A program made the translations under genes and the position numbers. From positions 97,064-161,063 of the IMG/VR virus record IMGVR_UViG_3300045988_143931: a DNA stretch of 64,000 nt. The stretch is one strand, 5' to 3'. Below are positions 27,301-35,500 of this stretch, in pieces (positions within the stretch are counted from its first letter, which is position 1; each line of letters opens with the position of its first letter). This DNA is from a virus. The notes under the pieces are model-generated. The model had not been told where the DNA came from, did not search any database, and was given only the letters and a program-made list of their open reading frames with translations.

Positions 27301-27672
27301 ATGAAGGAAGTTTTTCAAAATATAAATTGGTTAGAACTTTTATCTGCAATCTGGACAATTGTTCTTGTTCCAATATTAACAAAAATATATTCTTATTTTA
27401 AAGATAAGAAACTTGATAAGTATGTAGATATTCTTTATAGCGAAGTAAAGAAGGCTGTTAAATCTGTATATGAAACAGAAGTTAAAGATATTAAGGGTAC
27501 TGCCGATTGGACACCCGAAAAACAGGCAGAAGTTAAGGCTGTTGCCAAGGAAAAGGCTATTCAAGCACTTAATACGATAGTATACAAGACACTTAAGGAA
27601 GCTAATACAGATTTTGATTCATATTTAGATAGTCTCATAGGTACGGCTTTATACGATGTAAAGCACGAATAA
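27301..27672 (+). CDS. Membrane-anchored protein (holin-position candidate)
   Basis: 123 aa. One N-terminal TM (LELLSAIWTIVLVPILTKI). SD AAGGAGG. Confidence 0.35.
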   Translation: MKEVFQNINWLELLSAIWTIVLVPILTKIYSYFKDKKLDKYVDILYSEVKKAVKSVYETEVKDIKGTADWTPEKQAEVKAVAKEKAIQALNTIVYKTLKEANTDFDSYLDSLIGTALYDVKHE

Positions 27673-27686
27673 AGGAGACTATATGA

Positions 27687-28160
27687 ATGGGAGCAATAGA
27701 AAGATTAGCTGATATAGATTATGTATTAGTAATACTTGGATTTTTTGCTGTGCTATTTGCGGCAAAGGAAATTATAGAAATATTTGGTTATTTTAAGAAG
27801 AAATGGCGTATTAAGACTGGGATTGAACAAGATAAAGAAACATTAGAAAGCAGAATAAAAACACTTGAAAAACATGATAATTGGCAGTATCAAGAAATTC
27901 AGAAAATATCTAAAGGTATTGATGATATTAAAGATAATCTTGTAAAAAGAGAACTAAAGGATAAAGAAGAAACAGTTGCTACTCTTAGAGGACAATTATA
28001 TGGACTTCATGAAAAATTTGTAACGAAGGGATTTATTGATAAATCTGGATTAAAAACATTTATTGAGCTTGGTAAAATATATGAAGCTGCTGGAGGCGAT
28101 GATATTTACCATGATAAGTTATATCCTGAAATTATGGCTTTGCCAATTAAAGAAGATTAA
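27687..28160 (+). CDS. Membrane-anchored coiled-coil protein (holin/lysis-accessory candidate)
   Basis: 157 aa. N-terminal TM (YVLVILGFFAVLFAA), then a helical region. Confidence 0.35.
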   Translation: MGAIERLADIDYVLVILGFFAVLFAAKEIIEIFGYFKKKWRIKTGIEQDKETLESRIKTLEKHDNWQYQEIQKISKGIDDIKDNLVKRELKDKEETVATLRGQLYGLHEKFVTKGFIDKSGLKTFIELGKIYEAAGGDDIYHDKLYPEIMALPIKED

Positions 28161-28247
28161 TTTTTATAATATCACATATTTGGTAAACTTTGCTTAACAT
28201 ATATTTATGTATAATACTCATATAAAATAAATTATTGGAAATACTTT

Positions 28248-28451
28248 ATGTATATGAAGAACAAAGTTGATGAATATCGTTGTAAACAAAATATGACATT
28301 ACAGCAATTATCAGAAAGAACAGGTATTTCAAGAACCACTCTTTCAAAAATTGTAAATAATCAAACAAATGATATTTTATTAAGTCATGCAATCACCTTA
28401 TCTCGTGTACTTAAAGTAAATCTATATGAATTATTCTGTATACAGAAATAA
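28248..28451 (+). CDS. XRE-family helix-turn-helix protein
   Basis: 67 aa. The HTH is MTLQQLSERTGISRTTLSKIVNNQ. An extended -10-like ATGTATAAT lies upstream. Confidence 0.7.
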   Translation: MYMKNKVDEYRCKQNMTLQQLSERTGISRTTLSKIVNNQTNDILLSHAITLSRVLKVNLYELFCIQK

Positions 28452-28464
28452 TGGAGGAATGTTT

Positions 28465-28635
28465 ATGACATATTTTAATTTAATTTGCGAAGAATTATGT
28501 ATAACTGGAGGAAAGGTTATATATATTGATACCAATGTTAGAACTCTTGAAGAAGTACATAAGATAGTAACTGATAATGCTGAAAAATATCCAAAAGGAA
28601 AATGGGAATTATACCCTATGCAAATAATAATTTAA
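28465..28635 (+). CDS. Small hypothetical protein (56 aa)
   Basis: ATG at 28465 after TGGAGGAA. It is in the frame of the tracked ORF 28426..28635. Confidence 0.45.
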   Translation: MTYFNLICEELCITGGKVIYIDTNVRTLEEVHKIVTDNAEKYPKGKWELYPMQIII

Positions 28636-28664
28636 TAACAAACAATTAAATAGAAACATTTAAT

Positions 28665-28700
28665 AAGAACGAGCTAAATTTTGACTCGTTCTTTTATTTT
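28665..28700 (+). terminator. Rho-independent terminator
   Basis: 9-bp stem aagaacgag/ctcgttctt followed by TTATTTT. It overlaps the tracked start 28681, which supports ATG 28723 as the real lysin start. Confidence 0.8.
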
Positions 28701-28722
28701 GTCTAAAAATAAAGGAGGAACT

Positions 28723-30066
28723 ATGGCTTATAGAATTATAGATGTATCAGATAATAATGGACAGCTTGATTGGGATACAATTAAGTCAAGTATTAATGGT
28801 GCAATTATCAGAATTGGGTTTGGTTCAGATTATGAAAATCAGGATGATTCACAGGCTATTAGAAATATGCAGGAATGTGAAAGACTTGGCATCCCTTATG
28901 GTGTGTACATATATTCTTATTGTCTTAATATAGAAGAAACAAGAAGTGAAGCAGCTCATATATTAAGAATAATTCAGGGATTTAATCCTGTTCTTGGTGT
29001 ATGGTTCGACATGGAAGACGCTGATGGGTATAAAAGAAATCATGGTCTTGTTCCCGAACAAAATGGTGAACTTCTCACAGATTTTTGTGTAGATTTCATG
29101 CAGATTGTTAAGGATGCAGGATACAAAACGGGTGTTTACGCAAATTATAGTTATTTTACCAATGTATTAAACGATGGTAAATTAATGTCTTTTGAAGGAT
29201 TTAACAGATGGCTTGCACATTGGGGAATAGATGAACCTTCGATGGATTGTCTGTTGTGGCAATATACATCAGATGGTTATATTGAGGGAATTTCATACTA
29301 TACAGAAACACCTGTATATGATGATAATGGTGTTCCAACAGGTGAGACGACAACAGAACTTCATCATAGATTTGATATGAATTATTATTATGGAGAATTA
29401 CCTAATGTTGAACCAGTTATTCCATCTGAACCAACTGAAGATAACTCGGAATCAGATGATATTGAAACAAAATATCATGTAGGAGATTATGTGTCATATC
29501 ATACAATTTATGCGTCTTCTACTTCCGAAAATGGATTAACACCTTCAATTACAGAAGGCACAATTACTAATATCATTGCATCTGCAAGAAATCCATATCT
29601 TATTAACGATGGTACAGGATGGATTAATGATAATTGTATTGTTGAAAATAATGATAAAAATACTTCTGAACCAGAATCTCCTGATATAAAAGAATCTACA
29701 GGTCTTGCTCATTCTATTGGCGAATATGTCACATATTCAGCACTCTTTGCTTCTTCAGCTTCCGAAGAACCACTTAATCCACTTTATACAGATGGAACTA
29801 TTACAGCTATCGCTGAAGGTGCGAGAAATCCATATCTTATTGAAAATGGTAGGGGTTGGGTAAATGACTCTGTTATTAATGGTAGTTCTACGCCAGAAGA
29901 CAATTATGAAGAACCATCTTATGATACATATGAAGTTGAAAGCGGAGATTGTCTTTCAGCCATTGGTGATAAGCTTGGTGTAGATTGGTATTCTATTGCA
30001 GAAGCTAATGGTATCGGAGAACCATATACTATTTATCCAGGTCAATCTCTTATTATACCTAGATAG
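28723..30066 (+). CDS. Endolysin: GH25 muramidase, two SH3-like repeats and a C-terminal LysM
   Basis: ATG after AAAGGAGG. GH25-like IDVSDNNGQLDWDTIK...GAIIRIGFG...YGVYIYSY. Two internal repeats (YHVGDYVSYHTIYASS... and HSIGEYVTYSALFASS...). LysM is YEVESGDCLSAIGDKLGVDWYSIAEANGI...IYPGQSLIIP. Confidence 0.85.
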   Translation: MAYRIIDVSDNNGQLDWDTIKSSINGAIIRIGFGSDYENQDDSQAIRNMQECERLGIPYGVYIYSYCLNIEETRSEAAHILRIIQGFNPVLGVWFDMEDADGYKRNHGLVPEQNGELLTDFCVDFMQIVKDAGYKTGVYANYSYFTNVLNDGKLMSFEGFNRWLAHWGIDEPSMDCLLWQYTSDGYIEGISYYTETPVYDDNGVPTGETTTELHHRFDMNYYYGELPNVEPVIPSEPTEDNSESDDIETKYHVGDYVSYHTIYASSTSENGLTPSITEGTITNIIASARNPYLINDGTGWINDNCIVENNDKNTSEPESPDIKESTGLAHSIGEYVTYSALFASSASEEPLNPLYTDGTITAIAEGARNPYLIENGRGWVNDSVINGSSTPEDNYEEPSYDTYEVESGDCLSAIGDKLGVDWYSIAEANGIGEPYTIYPGQSLIIPR

Positions 30067-30083
30067 TATACTAATAATAAAGA

Positions 30084-30126
30084 AAGTGTGGTTTCATAGT
30101 AATTTTTGAAGCCACACTTATTTTTC
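30084..30126 (+). terminator. Rho-independent terminator after the endolysin
   Basis: Stem aagtgtgg/ccacactt followed by ATTTTTC. Confidence 0.75.
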
Positions 30127-30151
30127 AAAAAATTATAAATACACATTCAAA

Positions 30152-30226
30152 ATGTCTTTACTACTATCTAGCCATGTAGTAAGGGCATTTTATTTATATG
30201 GAGAGTGTGTGGCTAGACCACTCTCC
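30152..30226 (+). promoter_or_regulatory. Tandem-hairpin leader with complementary loops (possible attenuator or antiterminator)
   Basis: Hairpin 1: 30152-30164 pairs with 30176-30188 (13 bp, two G-U), followed by TTTATTTAT. Hairpin 2: ggagagtg/cactctcc, 30200-30207 with 30219-30226. Loop 1 CTAGCCA (30168-30174) is complementary to loop 2 TGGCTAG (30210-30216). Confidence 0.4.
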
Positions 30227-30692
30227 TGCCCCCTTAATTAAGAAAGGAATGAAAGATATAGAAATTATTGATTTGATTTTAAACCAAGATGTATTGGAGA
30301 AATATAATAAATATTATTTCAAACAACATCCTAAAGCAAGGAAAATTCCTATTGAAAGACCAATGCACCCCTCGATCAACACATGGATGATATTACCAAG
30401 AATACAGATGAATCAACTTAAACAAAAATGGAAAGATTTTATTGTTTTTTGGATAAAGGACTTAGGTTTACAAGATAAACACTTAGAGTCTTTTGAGATG
30501 ATATTTACCACTTATATGCCGACAAAAAGGCGTGTGGATTGTGATAACACAGTTCCTAAATTTATCCTAGATGGATTTAGTGAATCAGGTTTTATTATTG
30601 ATGACGATGGGAAGCATTTACATTCTCTTACATTAAAAACAGGATATGATAAGGATAATCCAAGAACGGAAATAAAAATTATAGTGAAATAA
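30198..30692 (+). CDS. rusA: RusA-like Holliday-junction resolvase
   Basis: C-terminal RRVDCDNTVPKFILDGFSESGFIIDDDGKHL matches the RusA D-x-D-N...K...D...DD pattern. The start is uncertain: ATG 30198 lies inside hairpin 2, and ATG 30249 has a poor SD. Confidence 0.65.
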   Translation: MESVWLDHSPAPLIKKGMKDIEIIDLILNQDVLEKYNKYYFKQHPKARKIPIERPMHPSINTWMILPRIQMNQLKQKWKDFIVFWIKDLGLQDKHLESFEMIFTTYMPTKRRVDCDNTVPKFILDGFSESGFIIDDDGKHLHSLTLKTGYDKDNPRTEIKIIVK

Positions 30693-30708
30693 AGGAGAAT
30701 ATTAAGAT

Positions 30709-31104
30709 ATGAACAAAACATTAAAGGTATATCAGATAATTAATGTCAATGCAAGAATTAAAAATGTAATTGAAGGTGACTCAGCAATTAATGCTGCATT
30801 TAAGTTTAAACTACTCAGATTATATTCAGAAATTCAGGGAGTTGTAAAGGATTTTGAAATGACCAAAGACTCTCTTGTTAATAAGTATGGTAAAGATGTT
30901 GTTGACGAAAAGGGGGAAGTTGTTCCAAATCAGAAGAGAATTAGTCCTGAAGATGAAAATTGGAAAGAATTTATTAAGGAAATTAATGCAGTAAGTGATT
31001 CTGATGTAGATGTTAATTTCACACCTATCAGTGCGGAAAAATTGTTTAGTATGGGGTTAGATACTGATGCTTGTGCTGATTTAATACCTATTGTAGAAGA
31101 ATAA
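30709..31104 (+). CDS. Hypothetical protein in the tail-assembly-chaperone position
   Basis: 131 aa, acidic. It lies upstream of the tape-measure gene. No slippery site was found. Confidence 0.35.
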   Translation: MNKTLKVYQIINVNARIKNVIEGDSAINAAFKFKLLRLYSEIQGVVKDFEMTKDSLVNKYGKDVVDEKGEVVPNQKRISPEDENWKEFIKEINAVSDSDVDVNFTPISAEKLFSMGLDTDACADLIPIVEE

Positions 31105-31129
31105 AATTATAAAGGAGATAAAAGGAATT

Positions 31130-31774
31130 ATGAATAAGATAACAGTTAAAGAATTTGTTGAGGGATATAATAAGTGTGTAGATTCATTAAAGAATAGATA
31201 TATACAGGAAAAGTTAAGCATTATATCTTACTTACCTGTAAATATTAAAGATGCTATTGCAATAATCATTACAGATAGAACTATGTTTGAACAGGAAAAA
31301 TATACTGACGAAAATGGTGAAATAAAATTTCGTAAGACTGATAATGTACATGTTAATTCATTTGTTCAGTATATGTTATTTGTTAGAGAAGTTATTGAAA
31401 AGTATACAAATCTTGTTTGGAGTAATGACGGTAATTATACAGCGGATTATGATTTATTAAAATCTTCTGGACTTCTTGATAAATTAATGATTGGAGAAAT
31501 TGTGAATGGAAAAGAAATTCCACCACTTATTCCAGCAAGTGAAATATCTGAAATAAGAACTCTTATTGATATGCATAAATCTGATATTATGCAAAATGTA
31601 TATGAACCACACGCATATATTAGTCGTCAGGTTGAAAGGTTTGGGACACTTGCAAATATAACCATAGAACCACTTATAAAGCTTATTGAACAGAAGATAC
31701 AGGGAATTCCACAGGAAGATATTACTAAGGTCGTTGAGCTTGTAAGAACTGGTGATTTTAAGGAAGTAGAATAA
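31130..31774 (+). CDS. Hypothetical protein (chaperone-position)
   Basis: 214 aa with its own SD (AAAGGAG). Confidence 0.35.
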   Translation: MNKITVKEFVEGYNKCVDSLKNRYIQEKLSIISYLPVNIKDAIAIIITDRTMFEQEKYTDENGEIKFRKTDNVHVNSFVQYMLFVREVIEKYTNLVWSNDGNYTADYDLLKSSGLLDKLMIGEIVNGKEIPPLIPASEISEIRTLIDMHKSDIMQNVYEPHAYISRQVERFGTLANITIEPLIKLIEQKIQGIPQEDITKVVELVRTGDFKEVE

Positions 31775-31813
31775 AAAAGCAGTACTATATTTTACATATA
31801 ATACTGCTTAAAT

Positions 31814-31858
31814 GTCCTTAATTGAGTGAAGATATATGTCGGAAATTCAATTAAGGAC
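31814..31858. repeat. Perfect 12-bp inverted repeat with a 21-nt spacer
   Basis: gtccttaattga (31814-31825) and tcaattaaggac (31847-31858). Confidence 0.9.
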
Positions 31859-31915
31859 TGACAATTATTTTCACTTGTTAAATATATCATTACAATTAAA
31901 TATTGTCAATATTTT

Positions 31916-31984
31916 AGGCTCTATGCGTGTCACAGCGTATAGAGCTTTTCTTATGGAGAGTGGTAATACTGCTCTCCTATTTTA
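31916..31984 (+). promoter_or_regulatory. Second tandem-hairpin leader, immediately upstream of the tape-measure operon
   Basis: Hairpin 31916-31927 with 31936-31947 (12 bp), then TTCTT. Next comes TATGGAGAG and the hairpin ggagag/ctctcc (31955-31960 with 31972-31977), then TATTTTA. The architecture and TATGGAGAGTG box match those at 30152-30226. Confidence 0.4.
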
Positions 31985-32031
31985 GTGTAAAAATAGTGAA
32001 ATTATAGTGAATATTTTGGAGGTGATGATAG

Positions 32032-32508
32032 ATGGGTTCATTTAGACTAGATCAGAATTTTATAAATAAGATAGAAAAACAATGTCAAGAAAAAGCAAAA
32101 AATTTAGCACATGAGGCTTCTGAAAAATTAACAAATCATTATATTACATTGCTTGATTGGTATTATGCCGATTATCAACCAAAACTGAATAAATACGATG
32201 AACCATATTATATTCGTACCTTCAATTTATATAAATCAGCTCACAAATATTATAAAAATGGAACTGATAGATTTTATGGTGGTGTTCGTATTGATGGTTC
32301 TACTATGAAAGATTATTCAGGAATTAGAAATGCTTCAATATCTGGACAGGATTTATTGAGTACATATATCTATAATCCATCTGGTACATGGCATGGTGGT
32401 GATTGGTATGGTGGTTATGGAGTTACGGCGAGTTTTAACATTTATAACGAAATGCAAAAATATAAAAATAAATTAATAAAAGACATGCAGAATAGATGCA
32501 AAATCTAA
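32032..32508 (+). CDS. Hypothetical protein
   Basis: 158 aa with SD GGAGGTG. Gly/Tyr/Trp-rich C-terminus. Confidence 0.5.
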   Translation: MGSFRLDQNFINKIEKQCQEKAKNLAHEASEKLTNHYITLLDWYYADYQPKLNKYDEPYYIRTFNLYKSAHKYYKNGTDRFYGGVRIDGSTMKDYSGIRNASISGQDLLSTYIYNPSGTWHGGDWYGGYGVTASFNIYNEMQKYKNKLIKDMQNRCKI

Positions 32509-32522
32509 TAAGGAGGAATAAA

Positions 32523-35500
32523 ATGGCAAAAGATGGTATAGTAAGTATTGCTATTGATTATAAAAACGAGCTTAATCAAATGATTCGTGATTATGAATCT
32601 GCTTTAACTAAGATGGCTTCAAATGATAAGTTATCAAAAGGAATGAAAGCACAATTTGATAATACAATTGCTGAGTTAAAGCGTTTTAAGGCAGATATGG
32701 AAAAATCTTTTTCTGATTTAAGTATCGGAAAAGTGGATAAAAACAGTTTTAAAGCTTTTAAACAAACTGTTAATAAGAATTTTGAATCTGTTCGTGCAGA
32801 AATTGATAGATTAGATTTAGCTGTTTCAACTATAAATTCACAGATAAAAATACTTGGAAATGGTGTTGATATAAGTAAGATAAGTAGTCAATTTAAAGAT
32901 TTTCAAGATTATGTACAGAATACAAATAATGCTATTGATACAATGATTAAAAAACTTGATGGTCAAGGCATTTCATTAATATCATTTGATGATAGCGCAA
33001 TAAATCAAGCAAAGTCTCAGATAAAAGAAATTAATAAATTACTTAAAAGTACAGATGAGTTCAGCGATGCAAAAGGCTCAAAATATGAATTATTTGATAC
33101 AGAACAAGCTCAAGCAGAACTAGATGTTCTTGCCAAAGATTTAAAAAATACTCTTGAATTAATTGAAAAATCTGAATCGGAACTTTCAAATTTTGATAAA
33201 AATAGCATCGGTTTTGAAAAAACTATTAACCAAATCAATATATTGAAATTAAAAGCTGCCGATTTACACGATTCTATTCAACAGTTAATAGATATTCCCG
33301 ATAAAACAGGAGAATATACATTTGGTGATTCAATACTTATTTCTGATGACAATGTTGATAAAAAAGTATCTGAATATGAAAAAATTGTAAAAGGAACTTT
33401 AGATGAAATTCGTGAATCTGCCATCAAAACTCGTGAAGAGTTAGATAAAATCGTAACACCTACCTCTTCCAAAACAGCTTCTGCAAAAATATCAGATAAA
33501 CTCAACCCAAATTCAGCAGAATTAGTAACTGGTGTAACAATTGAAACCACTTCATCTGAATTATGGAAAAAGTTATCTCCTATTATTGAAGATTTACAAA
33601 ATATCCTTAATAAAAATCCCGTTGTTGCTCCTGTAAAACTTGTAGTAGCACCAAATGCAGTATCTTCTGAAAAAAATGGTGAAGTTGGCACTATTAGCAA
33701 ATCTTATTCGAAGAAGTATCAAAGAGAATTAGCAAAAACTGGTGAAGATGCAGTTATTGATTTAGAGGGTGTTTATAAGAAAACATTTACTTCTATAATG
33801 GATGAAGCCGTTTCTTATTCTAAGGAAACAATTTCTAAAATTCAAAATATCTTTGAATCTTCTCCTATTAAATTACATTTTGATTTTAATGAAGAAGAAT
33901 TTAAGAAAATATCAGATGCACTTCTCTCTTCTGATTCTGATAAAAAGATTGACATTACAGATCAGATTGCAGAATCAAAAAAGGAGGTTAATGAACTTGC
34001 TGAAAAACTTGCCGAAGTTAATGAATTATTAAATTCAGCAGATTCAAAGGATTTTAGTTTTAAAGGGTTTGATAAATTCGCAGAAGAAATTTCAAAAAGC
34101 CTTGGTCAATTAGTCGAATTACAGTCAATGTTAAAGACATTACAGAATATAGAATCTACTCTCGCTAGAGCATCAGGTGTAAGTAGTGTCACTGATATTG
34201 AAACACAGTGGCAGAATGTATCTAAGTTAATTGAGAATTCTATTAAGTTAGATGGTACTTTTAGAAAAAATGCAAATGTAGATAAACTTGCTTCAGAATA
34301 TAACAAGTATCTCAATATGGGTGGTACTAATGAGTTATCATTTATTGGAAAGGTTGGGAAACTTGAAAATAGCAAGAATATTATGGAAGCTATTTTTTCA
34401 AAAGCTAAAGAGCTAAATTCTCAAAAAGTAGATACATCTTCTGTAGATAAAGCAGATGATGAATTGAAATCAGTATCTTCTACTCTCGATGACGTTATCT
34501 CTCGTCTTGACCATATGATAAATTTGACAAGAGATATTGGTAATACATTTTATAAAATGTTCAAAGACACTTCTGTTAGTGATATAGATAAACAGTGGTC
34601 TTCTATCGAATCTAAGTTCAAATCTATTGCTGATGAATCTGGCAAAATAAATCTCTCTAAACAGAAAAAAGATATTCAAGAATTAGTTGAAATGTACCAA
34701 AAGTATGCAAATACTGGTGGTATGAAAACTCCTTTTGATTTAACAGATAATGCAGAAACCATTAAAAAAATAAATAAAGTCTATGAACAGATGAATTCAA
34801 AAAAAAATAGAACTTCTGTTACGAATGAGTCAAAGAATTTCATTAAAGTAGAGGATTCTGTTAATAGTCTCACTTCTGCTATTAATACAAAGACTGAAGC
34901 TATTAAAACAGAAGCTAATACAATGGAATTAGCTGCAAGAGCTGAAGTCAAATCTATTCAGAAGATTATTGATGCATTAAATCCATTAATTGAGAGAATA
35001 GAAAGTATTCCTGAATTAAAGATACCAAAAGAAGATACTATTCTTCCACATAAGGAATCGAATATTTCATCTGGAAAGAAAGACGCATTTCCCTCTAATG
35101 AAGAAGTAAAACAGAAAGAAAAGTTAGCTGAAGCAACTAGAAAACTTCGTCAAGAAGAAAAACAGTCAAGTCAAGATTCTGTTAATTCTGCGTTAAAAGA
35201 TCAAGTTTCTGCATGGAAACAGATTCAATCTATTCGTGAAAAAATAGCAAAGGTTGATAATCCAGATGTTATTAACCAACTTCAAGAAACTAAAAGATAT
35301 TACCAGCAACAGTATTTAGATGCAACTAAAATTCTAAAATCTAATCAAGATTTATACGATGCACAAGGACAGTTAAATAGGCTTAAACAAATTGAGTTAG
35401 AAACAACTGCAAAAATTAGTCAATATCAAAGTAAAAATACTGAAAGTGTTTCAAAGTATAATCAATCTCTTAAAGATAATGCAACTCAAAAATTATCTAA

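Noticed and set aside
30709-31774. Programmed -1 frameshift between the two chaperone-position genes
   Set aside because: The ORFs are separated by 25 nt and the second has its own SD and ATG. No slippery heptamer was seen near the end of the first.
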